DNA of 64,000 nt from positions 1-64,000 of IMG/VR virus record IMGVR_UViG_3300045988_109366. One strand, 5' to 3'. Each line of letters starts with the position of its first letter. Position 1 is the stretch's first letter. The stretch comes from a virus. Position numbers and translations under genes: made by a program. Shown here piece after piece: positions 43,701 through 52,740 of the stretch. A model generated the notes under the pieces. That model saw only the letters and a list, made by a program, of their open reading frames with translations. It made no database searches and was not told where the DNA came from.

Positions 43701-46700
43701 TTTGATATCTCGGACATGACGTTCGAGGATCAGCAACGATATCTCGACGCGATAAATAGGTGGTTGGATGAGAACCGAGAGAAACCTATGGTGCAGGCTT
43801 ATTACGATAAGATCGAGAAAGTTAATAAGAAGGTCGAGGAAAGACTGGGTCGTAGGGTATCGCAAGCCACGTCCGATTTCATGACCCGTATCCGCAGGAG
43901 CCGGTATGTGGCTATGGATAAGTTCGTGAGGAACGGGAAGGTCGATTGGAAGGCGTTTCAATCCGATCCTATAGCTTGGAGATCTTATCTGGATATTTTA
44001 CGTGATAGGGCTATAGCCAAGAGCGAGTGGTATTCCGATGGGACACCAAAGGAAGAGGGATCCGAGGCTCTGATGATGTCCGAGGAGATCAAGGCATGGG
44101 ACGAGGCGTGGGCCGAGGAGTTCGGGAATACCAACGAGGGTCGTAAGGCTTCCGCCGAGTTCAAGGAGATACTTCGTGGGATAGAGCGGTCCGAGGGCGG
44201 CAAGGCTGCGTTTGAGTTCCTGCTAGCTGGCGGTCATCTTGGTTTCTCTAAGGATATGTGGGGATCCGAGGAGGGTGATTATTACGAGAATCTTGTTGAT
44301 AAGATCACGGAGCAATCTGTATCATCATCAAGGATAGAGAAGGTAGAGGAGGCGATGGCGACAATAAACGAGATCAATGACCAGCTAAGGCCTTTGCTTA
44401 TCCAGTACCGGGATAGCACGAGATACGGGGAATATGATTTCGATAGGTTACGTGGATCCGCCTCATTAAGAAAGATAAACGAGTTATATGATCGTCTGGC
44501 TGAGGCTAAGAGCGTTATTAACGCCACCGCTTCCGCTGAGGCTATTGAGATGGATATGCCTGATACGGTGGAGAGTGGAGTCACGGATTCTTACCGTAAC
44601 GCTTTAAGGGATGCCATGGCATACGACAAGGGTATGGATGAGATTAAATTCGCCAAGGAACATATGTCTGCCAGCTCCCGGAGTCAGGTGGATAGGATGG
44701 CCGCCAAGTTATCTCGGAAAAACCCGTCATGGACGACCGTGGAGGCATCGTTTTTGAGAAGGAAATACGGTCCTGGCTTCAATAATAAGCTAGCTAACGA
44801 CATAGCGATGGGTAAGACTGACAAGATCCTTGTCGAGTACGCCAGGACCCGGCTGTATCCTTATATGAGGAGATACTCTCCCAAGGGATATTCTGATTTC
44901 GTTAGGAAGATAAATAACGGTACGTATAAGGTATCCGAGTTCTTTGATGCCATAGAAAATGGTATATCTAAGGAAGAGAGCGTATCCCGTTTCGGGTTTG
45001 ATATTAATATGATCGATCTGACGATCAATAACCAGTGGCTTGATGAGGCTGACGCCGAGAGTTCTTTCCGTAATCCTAATTATAATCCCGATCTGGGTTA
45101 TGGATATCATACGCCTAGGTTCGATAAGTACAAGAACGAGGCTTTTTTCAAGAAATACGGTATTACCAACGAAGGGGAGGAAGCTACGATCAATAAGGAT
45201 AAGTGGGAGATGAGGAAGGAGCTTCTTAACATAAGCCGTAAGGCTATGGAGGATTATGATGAGCGGTTCAGGAATATCTACCAAATACCACAGATATCCA
45301 AGGGCGGCGTGGAGAGGATGGTGCAGGCCGGGGTTGACCCGAAGGCGGCCATCGGAAACGCCGTACGTGACATCGTTGGCGAGAGGGTGGATGATCCCAT
45401 ACATGGTCAAGGACAAGACCTAGGAGGGCTTGATGAGAACGATAACAAATATCGCATGATCCCCAAGTACTATCTGAGCAAGCTAGAGAATGCCGATGAC
45501 GTGTCCCATGACTTCGCCTACTCCTATTCCATGTTATCCTTACAAGCGACCTCTTACAAGTATAAGAGGGCGGCCTTGGATGATGTCATGGGATACAGGA
45601 ACATGATGCTGGAGACGCAATACGACGGCGGTAAGAACCCAGAGGCCACTCACGCCTATAGAATGTTTCAGGACTGGGTTAACGCCAGTATCTATGACGT
45701 CAGGATAAACAATAAGCGGGCGGAATGGGATATAGGCAATTATAAGGTCGATCTTAATAAGCTGGCTCTTATGTTCACCAAATTTGTGTCCAAATCCAAC
45801 TTAGGCTTCTCCCCGTTCGTGGCGGCTACCGGTGCCCTTACCGGGCAGGCCAACTTCCTTTTGGAAGGTATGGTAGGACAGTACATAAGCAAGGACTCCA
45901 TGAAATACGCTTATGGAGAAGCTCAGAAACAGTTAAGTACGTACGTGTCTGAGATCGGGGACATAAATCGTACCAATAAGTTATATGTTGTCGGTGAGGC
46001 CCTAGGCGTATTCAACGTTCGTAACCGTGTAAGATCGGCGGCATATAACAAGATCTGGAGAACCTTATTCCGGGACCTGCCGTTTAAGATGATGGAGGTT
46101 CTTAACTCCCCGTTGGACCCGCAGGTCATTATCTCGGTCATGGATGATACCCGCCTATACGAAGGTCAGTTCTGGTCATACTCCAATTTCAAGGAGATGA
46201 TGATGAAGGACAGGAATATGTCCGCTAACGAGGCTAAACGCGATTGGGAGCGTTTAAGGGATTATTCTATGTGGAACATGGTAGATGTCAAGGACGGAAA
46301 GATCGTGGCTAAGAACGAGGCTAACAAGGATATTATAGACCGATATATACCCACCTTGTCCAGTAGGGTCAGGAGCATGGTGCAGATCTGTGACGGCGCC
46401 TTGAACGAGCAGAACCGGGTGGGGGCTAGCCGGAACGCTATCCTTAATATGGTGCTGCCTCACCGTGGATGGTTTATATTGGCCGTACAGCGGGCGTATA
46501 AGAAAGCTGGTTTCAATTTCCAGACCAACCAGTTCGAGGAAGGATATATGAGAACATTATGGAGATTGGCCGGAAATGTCTATGGCTCGATGTCCGAGGG
46601 TAGGATGGGGGAGGCATATGACGTGCTTAAGGAAGAGTATGATAAGCTTACCCCCTACGAGCAGATTAATATCAAGAGATCGATTATCAATATGGCGGTA

Positions 46701-47156
46701 TTCGCCACGATGGTGGCTATAGGACGGGCCTTGATGGGATATAGGGAGGATAATGAGGATAGCTGGTTCGGACAGTTCATTACCTATATAGGATTCAGGA
46801 CGATCAACGAAATCGCTTCCCAGACATCCCCGTTCATGGAGCTTAACGCCATAGACATGCTACAGGATCCGCTGGTCACCGCCCGAAAGTTAGGCGATCT
46901 CACCGATCCCCGGAACTGGGACCCGTTCGCTACCGTCCAGACCGGTGTGTACAAGGGCGAGAGTAAGTTGTGGAGACAGCTCATGAAGTTCTCGTTTGGT
47001 AAGCAATGGTATAATATCAAGACGGCTAGGGATATTAAGCAGACATCCGACTACTGGCTGATGACCAACGGCATGACGATGGGATTCTTCCTAGGTGGTA
47101 GGAATAAGGATGAGTCTGGGGAGGACGCTAATTGGTACTTTGACAGGGGAAGATAA
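40710..47156 (+). CDS. Giant virion protein (2148 aa) with C-terminal hydrophobic segments; ejection/polyvalent-type candidate
   Basis: Uninterrupted 6.4-kb ORF. N-terminal module is shared with 31223-33460. Confidence 0.9.
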   Translation: MSSCVIKRNSKGKITRVLTPSGEVSTLFDKIAGIAAVSDLNKAAEAYMTIYNDKFRSKFGDWTRSVPRNKEAARSISARLSASEWGQLMSAKVLSAISDMDAPALARNLGNSDSVVAYLTSGEVGDVNDMAVVDTSTVQEVDLDSINEDNIGDTILKEASWDDIRAIRENIDIKETARMLWKAVESAFTGQRPNIRVKGGNIDGEIIFSGNVLPLNNIENYTPPSSRLVYDSGEPRLFFRSDDGKIHDSYANAIKGSSGGRVEAGFLAGSVEESDVPSGTADISFGSSSITLNNSESFIPVLGISSNSDISTRGGFINYLIKKGMLSGERIRLGDRYYLTGAGNSDGLKIYNAMNALSSLRNRFGSQSSEMNVLGSIGFDTEVSNDLDLITTSGEKVTVSRPEIKGMLRQGKFEELNNKYDGFMELALSLMMEDNALYGSNVRGVIENEKAEDLQNRTDITNILSTLGIRVMGMSEYMDKYKMRNGVDPSARALSDMANGVIALAEGATVEDLNEEVAHFLIDTYRNQQEIDEVLDSVVGTSLWNQFAGRYYEVYGKEYQGEELDRMVKREILGKTLAQRFVPGMEQAVEDLASSEDAQLSLFGRMVRAIRNFFSSQRSDLNKVLDRIKESALADDPSAFDVLLLKDSNHLMYSLSDVDVANKLIKNGRSLERLYTRLQRMRSSQSQRIGESISLLRDIGEKVRQVGGELNKNNNLLSTKSVIATAKAEVEYLVTVASSLRKSDKGLDYETIQVIDNVYGEIVPLIRDLRGFVNNQAADYYGVNKVGMVEDMDDILRMAETSMSDINALRSDRNEDWLDGQLRMFNIPERYWNGIKKLINNIHKDINVMSRFFGTLEHSGNAILGMLGQRLAKAHNEAHIEGISNINKMTRMMKERGWGIKDNEDLIQKINGKNSDYLDSSRDFAKYDLLYRTEQAKAIIDIYDLKNVTGKTEKQLIDLLLSDRGLKVKTRDDIVGYDGDKPITKEVYHVFKPTIQNFDISDMTFEDQQRYLDAINRWLDENREKPMVQAYYDKIEKVNKKVEERLGRRVSQATSDFMTRIRRSRYVAMDKFVRNGKVDWKAFQSDPIAWRSYLDILRDRAIAKSEWYSDGTPKEEGSEALMMSEEIKAWDEAWAEEFGNTNEGRKASAEFKEILRGIERSEGGKAAFEFLLAGGHLGFSKDMWGSEEGDYYENLVDKITEQSVSSSRIEKVEEAMATINEINDQLRPLLIQYRDSTRYGEYDFDRLRGSASLRKINELYDRLAEAKSVINATASAEAIEMDMPDTVESGVTDSYRNALRDAMAYDKGMDEIKFAKEHMSASSRSQVDRMAAKLSRKNPSWTTVEASFLRRKYGPGFNNKLANDIAMGKTDKILVEYARTRLYPYMRRYSPKGYSDFVRKINNGTYKVSEFFDAIENGISKEESVSRFGFDINMIDLTINNQWLDEADAESSFRNPNYNPDLGYGYHTPRFDKYKNEAFFKKYGITNEGEEATINKDKWEMRKELLNISRKAMEDYDERFRNIYQIPQISKGGVERMVQAGVDPKAAIGNAVRDIVGERVDDPIHGQGQDLGGLDENDNKYRMIPKYYLSKLENADDVSHDFAYSYSMLSLQATSYKYKRAALDDVMGYRNMMLETQYDGGKNPEATHAYRMFQDWVNASIYDVRINNKRAEWDIGNYKVDLNKLALMFTKFVSKSNLGFSPFVAATGALTGQANFLLEGMVGQYISKDSMKYAYGEAQKQLSTYVSEIGDINRTNKLYVVGEALGVFNVRNRVRSAAYNKIWRTLFRDLPFKMMEVLNSPLDPQVIISVMDDTRLYEGQFWSYSNFKEMMMKDRNMSANEAKRDWERLRDYSMWNMVDVKDGKIVAKNEANKDIIDRYIPTLSSRVRSMVQICDGALNEQNRVGASRNAILNMVLPHRGWFILAVQRAYKKAGFNFQTNQFEEGYMRTLWRLAGNVYGSMSEGRMGEAYDVLKEEYDKLTPYEQINIKRSIINMAVFATMVAIGRALMGYREDNEDSWFGQFITYIGFRTINEIASQTSPFMELNAIDMLQDPLVTARKLGDLTDPRNWDPFATVQTGVYKGESKLWRQLMKFSFGKQWYNIKTARDIKQTSDYWLMTNGMTMGFFLGGRNKDESGEDANWYFDRGR

Positions 47157-47177
47157 CTGATATAGTATGACGAAAAA

Positions 47178-47220
47178 AATAGCCAGTCAATTGTTTAAGA
47201 CAATCAGATTGGCTATTTTT
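47178..47220 (+). terminator. Intrinsic terminator
   Basis: aatagcca/tggctatt outer stem, then T5. Confidence 0.55.
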
Positions 47221-47221
47221 G
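47214..47221 (+). promoter_or_regulatory. -7 promoter box TATTTTTG followed by a 9-bp leader hairpin (attcccatc/gatgggaat)
   Basis: Matches TAnnTTTG, upstream of ATG 47269. Confidence 0.4.
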
Positions 47222-47268
47222 TATTCCCATCTATCCATCTCGGACGGATGGGAATAGGTAATTATTTT

Positions 47269-48210
47269 ATGAATACAAATGTAGATCTTTTTCATGATTC
47301 TACGAAGAACAGTAGTGGAATTTTGACGTCCGAATCCAACGAAATGGGATTGTCTACCATTTTTAATTACAATGGAAATAATGTAGCTTTTATTAAGACC
47401 AGTTATGGTATTCTTATTAATGCCACTGATATGGCTCGCCCATATAATAAGAGACCTGTCGACTATTTAAGACAAATATATGTAAATGAATTAGTTAGTA
47501 CAATTGTGAGCCAGACACACATATCTGAGGATCAATTAGTTATAAAAATGAGAGGAAGCTCTGAAAACGGAGGAGGAACATGGTTATATGAGGATGTGGC
47601 TATAGATTTCGCCCAATGGCTTGATGTTAAATTCAAGGTTTGGTGTAATTCTAAAATAAAGGAACTTCTTACTACTGGTTTGGTGAAGCTGCCAAATTTT
47701 AATAATCCTCCGGAAGCAGCAAGAGCATGGGCTGATGAGTATGAGGCTAGGATGAAAGCTGAGAAGGAAGCTAGATTAGCTTTGGAGGCTAAGGAAAAGA
47801 GTGAGAAAGAAAAGAGAATGGTTCAAGCTGAATTAAATACAGCTATAGATACTATAAAGGAGAATGAACCGGTAATTGATATGTTTAAAAGGTCTATTCC
47901 AAGAGAAGGTGTCCTTATCCGTGAATCATCAAAATATTTTGAGCAGTTCGGATATTATATCGGGATAAAGAACATGTATCCGTTATTACAGGAATTGAAA
48001 TACGTTTTTAGGAACGAGAGAGGTAGGATAGAAGCGTATCAATCCGCTCGTAATTCCGGATTGGTTATATATGGATCTGATCCCGGTGATGAATATTGGG
48101 AGGCTAAGGCCGTGACTATTATGATAACATTAAAGGGATTTGTTAAACTGGAAGAATTGTCAAGAAAGAAAAGGAGCGTTTTTGAGAAATATGGTAGGTT
48201 TACGATATGA
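47269..48210 (+). CDS. KilA-N / KilAC DNA-binding protein, paralog 2
   Basis: GGGTWLYEDVAIDFAQWLDVKFKVWCNSKIKELL. Start moved to the ATG after the promoter and hairpin. Confidence 0.75.
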   Translation: MNTNVDLFHDSTKNSSGILTSESNEMGLSTIFNYNGNNVAFIKTSYGILINATDMARPYNKRPVDYLRQIYVNELVSTIVSQTHISEDQLVIKMRGSSENGGGTWLYEDVAIDFAQWLDVKFKVWCNSKIKELLTTGLVKLPNFNNPPEAARAWADEYEARMKAEKEARLALEAKEKSEKEKRMVQAELNTAIDTIKENEPVIDMFKRSIPREGVLIRESSKYFEQFGYYIGIKNMYPLLQELKYVFRNERGRIEAYQSARNSGLVIYGSDPGDEYWEAKAVTIMITLKGFVKLEELSRKKRSVFEKYGRFTI

Positions 48211-48455
48211 TGCCCCTCACTGTAATCATTCTGATAAAGGCAAGGCTATTAGAGCGCTTACTGGTGATAATAGATATTGATTATAAAGTTTTTGCCCAAA
48301 ATGGTAAAAACCCTACTGAGGGAAGATCAACAATTGTATATATGATAACTGCATTTTGTATGGGATGTTTGATAACGAGGAAAGAAAGATGAGTATAAAT
48401 AAATAGTTATACTATTGATGCTTAATGTAATCCAAAAATGGATTTACATAATAAT

Positions 48456-48487
48456 AGAAGGATAGGATATTATCATCCTATCCTTCT
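48456..48487. terminator. Bidirectional terminator at the junction of the convergent modules
   Basis: Perfect 12-bp stem agaaggatagga/tcctatccttct with an 8-nt loop. Confidence 0.7.
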
Positions 48488-48515
48488 TATTTTCGTTATC
48501 AGTCTTTATATTTAT

Positions 48516-49025
48516 TCACAAAATCATCCACATCCATATACTCACACCCGAAGTTCTCTGCCGTCTTCTTGTCGGAGTCGGAGAACTGCCCTTACTTTCC
48601 CGTTCATCATCAACCCTCTCCACTTTAATTGTTCCCATATCACCTGAAGGTAACGTAATACCGCTATACACGTTATTCCAGTTCTCGTCAATGGCCAACT
48701 GATGTAATATCGACCTATATATCTGGTAGGTGTTACCGATAAGTCTCTTCCTATTTATCTTATCCTTACTACCCCCATCATATCCTATATGCTCATAATC
48801 CCCAAGATCAGGGAACAGTCTTCTTCTTATCGCTCGTGAGTTATTGACTATAAAGCTTCTTATCCCCAGCGTTTCCGCTCTATCCATATCATTTATCAAC
48901 GTATCTGTCGTATGTTGTAGGTCCATGTCGCCAGCGGCGAATCTACTGATGTCTTCCACGCATTGGGATATCAACATTAGCTGCTCCCTTGTCAACGTTA
49001 TTTTATAAAGTTGTTTATTATCCAT
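48516..49025 (-). CDS. Hypothetical protein (169 aa)
   Basis: Long minus-strand ORF, last gene of the minus-strand module. Confidence 0.65.
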   Translation of the reverse strand: MDNKQLYKITLTREQLMLISQCVEDISRFAAGDMDLQHTTDTLINDMDRAETLGIRSFIVNNSRAIRRRLFPDLGDYEHIGYDGGSKDKINRKRLIGNTYQIYRSILHQLAIDENWNNVYSGITLPSGDMGTIKVERVDDERESKGSSPTPTRRRQRTSGVSIWMWMIL

Positions 49026-49254
49026 GATTATCTGATATTAATTTTTCTTTTATATGTTTAGATATATCAATTATCTCATCTTTTATATTGCAATCATCTT
49101 TTAATAATGAACCAAATATACATGATATGGCGCTCTTTAGGCCTAGCGCTATCCCTATCTCCAATATTTTTTTATCGGTATTAGAGATGTCTATAGGTTC
49201 ATATAATATTGATGATATGCTGTTAATTACATATATCACATCATTTTCATTCAT
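49018..49254 (-). CDS. Hypothetical protein (78 aa)
   Basis: Overlaps the downstream gene start by 8 nt. Confidence 0.5.
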   Translation of the reverse strand: MNENDVIYVINSISSILYEPIDISNTDKKILEIGIALGLKSAISCIFGSLLKDDCNIKDEIIDISKHIKEKLISDNHG

Positions 49255-49593
49255 TGATGTAGATTTATCGACAATAGCTATAAAATCTTTTATAACCGCA
49301 ATATAAGCTATTTTTATTTCTTTTATCGTATCATCGCTTAGATGCCTATCCTTTATATGTCTTTCAACATACCGGTTTACTAAATTTCTATTTTGTTTGA
49401 TTTGCTCATTTTATTTTTGTCTTTTGCATATTTCATATCATTTACGTCGTTAATTTTATTATCAGTATAGTAAAGATGAATATCACATATATTATAGATA
49501 TCCAAGTCATTACACTTACCATAATTCCTATATTCCTAGGTATAGGATCTATTCTCCTGAATGTCAGGATCATGAATATAAATGTCTTGAAGT

Positions 49594-50124
49594 TCATAAT
49601 TTATTATATTTTTCTATATAGTTAACTATAAAATCTTTAACTCCTTTTGGGGCATCTGTTAGTTTAAGTTTTCCTTGGAATATATCCTTGCCGTACTCGT
49701 CCATGATCTCCCCGAACGAAGGATTCATGACTCTTGTTGACATGCATATCGGTTGATCGGTATCGAATTTGAGGACAATCGTTTTTCCGCTGTTTATCAC
49801 CTTTTTTAAAGCCACGTAAAGTTTTCGGCCTTTTATTATATCACAATTCCCTTTTAGGATATTGGACATATGTATAACATGCTCTTTCTTGATACGGGGA
49901 GCTTGCTTCCTAGGACTTGTGTTATTTATATAAACAATATCCCCTCCATTTAACTTCCATTTATCGAAACATGACAAACATATACCGTAATCCGCCCATT
50001 TTCTTATTCTAGGCAACATCCGTTTACTTCCTGCCGGCATCTTTTTCCCGCAGCATTTGCATTCCCAATCTTTGATGGTCCTGAACTCTGCGTAATCATC
50101 TATCGAATATTTTCTTTTAACCAT
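49594..50124 (-). CDS. Zinc-ribbon protein (CKCCG...CLSC), possible STAS-like C-terminus
   Basis: 176-aa ORF with two CxxC pairs. Confidence 0.6.
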   Translation of the reverse strand: MVKRKYSIDDYAEFRTIKDWECKCCGKKMPAGSKRMLPRIRKWADYGICLSCFDKWKLNGGDIVYINNTSPRKQAPRIKKEHVIHMSNILKGNCDIIKGRKLYVALKKVINSGKTIVLKFDTDQPICMSTRVMNPSFGEIMDEYGKDIFQGKLKLTDAPKGVKDFIVNYIEKYNKL

Positions 50125-50570
50125 TCACCTGATTTTAATTTTCTTTTTCTATTTTCAAAATTATCATCACCATAATCATAATTAGGACAAGCTTTGTTGC
50201 TTGGTCGTCTAACATAAGTCTTTTGCTTCCTGTTATATTTACTGTTAGGATTTATATAATGGTCACACACTTGCCAAATAGAGCAACATACTTTCCCGTA
50301 TCTTTTCGCCCACTCCTGATCATGTAGATGTATACAAGTGGCGCAAGTCGGATTCTTAAGCTTATCCTTGTTATCATCTATGATCTTATTGACCCGATCA
50401 AGAATAACATGCATTTTTTCAATATTTATGACGTTAAATGCATCTGGTATTGGAAGATATGTCATCGAGCTTATATCTATGTCCATTTCCTTAGACTTAT
50501 CGTAAGCCGATTTGTATTTCCTTATCATCAAATCCTTTAATTGATTTACTTTTCTCTCGTAAGTCCCCAT
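50100..50570 (-). CDS. Cys-rich hypothetical protein (156 aa)
   Basis: ORF overlapping the downstream gene by 25 nt. Confidence 0.6.
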   Translation of the reverse strand: MGTYERKVNQLKDLMIRKYKSAYDKSKEMDIDISSMTYLPIPDAFNVINIEKMHVILDRVNKIIDDNKDKLKNPTCATCIHLHDQEWAKRYGKVCCSIWQVCDHYINPNSKYNRKQKTYVRRPSNKACPNYDYGDDNFENRKRKLKSGEWLKENIR

Positions 50571-50573
50571 ATT

Positions 50574-50804
50574 TCATTCAGTTTTCCATCCTTGTTTCTT
50601 CAATAGATCCACCATCATCCCCTTTATCTTAGGACTGATAGCCTCGGTAAGTATATCAGCGGCTAAGTTGATAGAGAAGTTTGTCATTCTAGATTCCCCT
50701 ATATACTTCTCGCTGGTAACTTCCTTTACATAGTCATGGATATCCTTGATCATCTCATTTTGAGATTTCAGGAGATCCAGTATCTCATCAATCTTATCAT
50801 CCAT
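50574..50804 (-). CDS. Hypothetical protein (76 aa, start MDDKIDEIL)
   Basis: ATG 50804 overlaps the stop of the upstream micro-ORF (ATGGATGA). Confidence 0.5.
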   Translation of the reverse strand: MDDKIDEILDLLKSQNEMIKDIHDYVKEVTSEKYIGESRMTNFSINLAADILTEAISPKIKGMMVDLLKKQGWKTE

Positions 50805-50910
50805 TTTTCTCAAATACACCTGACAATAACCAGACAATCACTATCAGAAAGAAAAATAGCCCAAGCGCCTCATCCGGGTAATCATGTATAGCTTCTAAAA
50901 TTTCCCTCAT
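50797..50910 (-). CDS. Micro-ORF encoding a single-TM peptide (37 aa)
   Basis: ATGA overlap with the exonuclease stop. Hydrophobic core LGLFFFLIVIVWLLSGV. Confidence 0.35.
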   Translation of the reverse strand: MREILEAIHDYPDEALGLFFFLIVIVWLLSGVFEKNG

Positions 50911-51488
50911 AACTTAACATCCATTTTGTTGATTATCTTATAAAATATATCCCTAGTCAGCTCAATATCATAAGTAGCGTCATGGAGTTTATCCTCATTA
51001 ATCTCAATACCCATAGTCCTGGCCACGGTCATCAACTTAAAGTTCTCCATATCGTTCCTTACGCCCATCAGGAATGGTGTTACCATAACATACACATCCA
51101 TGCAATTAGGATAGAACCATGATCCAAAATACTTATCCCCACATTGCTGGGATAAAGCCCGTAGGAAGCTGTTATCGAATCCAGCGTTGTTATACCCCAC
51201 TAAATACATTTTATCCCTCTTATCGAACTTATTCACGTATTTGGATAATATACCAACTAACTGCCTGTATCCGTCTTCCATAGGCTGATAAGACTGCACT
51301 TGCTCCAAGGTAACGCCGGCCACGTCCAGCGCCTCCTGCTCTATCGTGGCGGCAGGGTTCGGGGCTGGGCGGATGTCGAACCTCTCGACATCCTGCCCGT
51401 CGATATCCACGATCCCTCCTATTTGGTGTATCCCGTTTCTCCAGAACTTAACCCCGGTTGTCTCTAAATCGAAAAATAGTAATTTCAT
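50907..51488 (-). CDS. DnaQ-like 3'-5' exonuclease
   Basis: ExoI FFDLETTG, ExoII YNNAGFDNSFL, ExoIII HDATYDIELT. Confidence 0.85.
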   Translation of the reverse strand: MKLLFFDLETTGVKFWRNGIHQIGGIVDIDGQDVERFDIRPAPNPAATIEQEALDVAGVTLEQVQSYQPMEDGYRQLVGILSKYVNKFDKRDKMYLVGYNNAGFDNSFLRALSQQCGDKYFGSWFYPNCMDVYVMVTPFLMGVRNDMENFKLMTVARTMGIEINEDKLHDATYDIELTRDIFYKIINKMDVKL

Positions 51489-51512
51489 ATCTATTGATTT
51501 TTAAAATGTTCC

Positions 51513-51761
51513 TTAATCTTCTCCAATGCCTAAACAATTAAACGCCAACCATCCACTTACAACTCCCATCGCAAAAATAAACAAAACCATAAGCGAGAAC
51601 AGCGCCCAATCTTTTGTATTTAGTTTATTGCTCTCCTTCTTTGCTTTTATTTTTTCAAGAATATTCTTGTCAACATTGAAATCGAAATCAAATATCGTAT
51701 TACTATCTATCTTCCCATCAATATCTTTGTTATTAATAAATATCTGTCTCTTAACACTCAT
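51513..51761 (-). CDS. Small membrane protein (82 aa)
   Basis: ATG 51761 overlaps the upstream stop (ATGA). C-terminal TM WALFSLMVLFIFAMGVVSGWLAF. Confidence 0.5.
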   Translation of the reverse strand: MSVKRQIFINNKDIDGKIDSNTIFDFDFNVDKNILEKIKAKKESNKLNTKDWALFSLMVLFIFAMGVVSGWLAFNCLGIGED

Positions 51762-51967
51762 ATCCCTAATATTTCTACTACATAAACAAATCCATAACAT
51801 ATATAATTATCAGCATCATGCTCCCCATAATCAACATGCCAAATAACAGCGCATGGGAAATAGAGTGGCATATCCTCAGCCATAGGATCCTCTTTGAGTT
51901 CATCAATGTTTATCTTCTCCCTCCACCTCCACAGGTCTTGGATGTCGTTCAAAATTAATTTCTCCAT
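51758..51967 (-). CDS. Hypothetical protein (69 aa)
   Basis: ORF in the coupled gene chain. Confidence 0.5.
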   Translation of the reverse strand: MEKLILNDIQDLWRWREKINIDELKEDPMAEDMPLYFPCAVIWHVDYGEHDADNYICYGFVYVVEILGI

Positions 51968-52406
51968 AACTATGACGGATGTTAGATGTTAGTAATTCAA
52001 TAGCTAAGCTGATCATGGCTCCCGCTTCCGTAAGTTTATTCATTTGGGCGTACACCCTGTGCTCTGCGCTACGATAAGTCTCCCTGCTGCTTATGGTATC
52101 CAGTAAATCATCTATAGCGTTTCTAAGAAGATCGGTCATCCCATGCCCTCCTATACCCTTGAAATAATAAATATCACGACCTGCATAAAACATATCCTGA
52201 TATCTTTTAGCTACGTACTCTATTCCGGATAGATGATATTTTTCGTTGTCTATCTCCACCTCCCCTTTTTCTATAGCCCTCAACAACTTCCAATCTATCG
52301 TTACATAAGTTTCACGATTTTTTACCTTTACATAGGTATATCCGCCATAATGAGAACCCAATGTCCTCATCGTAAGTTCATTGACTTTTTGTTTGTTTTC
52401 ATCCAT
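51903..52406 (-). CDS. Hypothetical protein (167 aa, start MDENKQKV)
   Basis: A TATCTTTG box on the minus strand (52432-52439) lies 26 nt upstream of ATG 52406. Confidence 0.6.
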   Translation of the reverse strand: MDENKQKVNELTMRTLGSHYGGYTYVKVKNRETYVTIDWKLLRAIEKGEVEIDNEKYHLSGIEYVAKRYQDMFYAGRDIYYFKGIGGHGMTDLLRNAIDDLLDTISSRETYRSAEHRVYAQMNKLTEAGAMISLAIELLTSNIRHSYGEINFERHPRPVEVEGEDKH

Positions 52407-52431
52407 AATAATCTGGTTTTTAATGTTGATA

Positions 52432-52439
52432 CAAAGATA
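52432..52439 (-). promoter_or_regulatory. Minus-strand -7 promoter box TATCTTTG
   Basis: Reverse complement of caaagata. Extended TATCTTTGTATCAAC. Confidence 0.55.
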
Positions 52440-52584
52440 TGATTTAAACAAAAATAAAAGCATGAATAATATTAAAATAATATTAATCATGCTTAAATAT
52501 AAATATATCCCTTCTAATTCTCACGGATATACGTATTCGTACTCATCTGGAGGGGATGTCTTGTATTCAACATCGCACTCCATA

Positions 52585-52740
52585 GTTGTAAATTTCATAG
52601 AAAATCATAGAAATAATTAAGATATTCTACTCCATTTTAGACGCTTCAACACAACTGGCAACCCGGCTGCTCTGCGTCCGTATAGCCGCATCAACTCCTA
52701 CGGCTTGTATGTTTATCGCGGCGTTGAGATCCCTGTCGAT
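52585..52740 (-). ncRNA. Predicted omega-RNA scaffold of the deleted TnpB copy
   Basis: CGGACGCAGAGCAGCCGGGTTGCCAGTTGTGTTGAAGCGTC is conserved with 4195-4238. GAAGCGTC-N55-ACAAC, with a 10-nt tandem duplication (ttctatgatt). Confidence 0.35.

Noticed and set aside
13920-48210. Genome-wide TGA->Trp (code 4-like) recoding.
   Set aside because: The giant ORFs (more than 9000 codons together) contain no TGA, and Trp is otherwise always TGG. TGA also looks like the genuine stop of several genes (13922, 29985, 40225, 48210). Only two in-frame TGAs look like sense codons, so this is at most site-specific readthrough/suppression or mutation, reported separately.
48207-48647. Plus-strand ORFs 48207-48392 and 48438-48647 at the junction of the convergent modules.
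   Set aside because: They have low-complexity, hydrophobic or odd composition. The second overlaps the 3' end of the minus-strand gene 48516-49025 and contains the bidirectional terminator (48456-48487). No promoter box is present.
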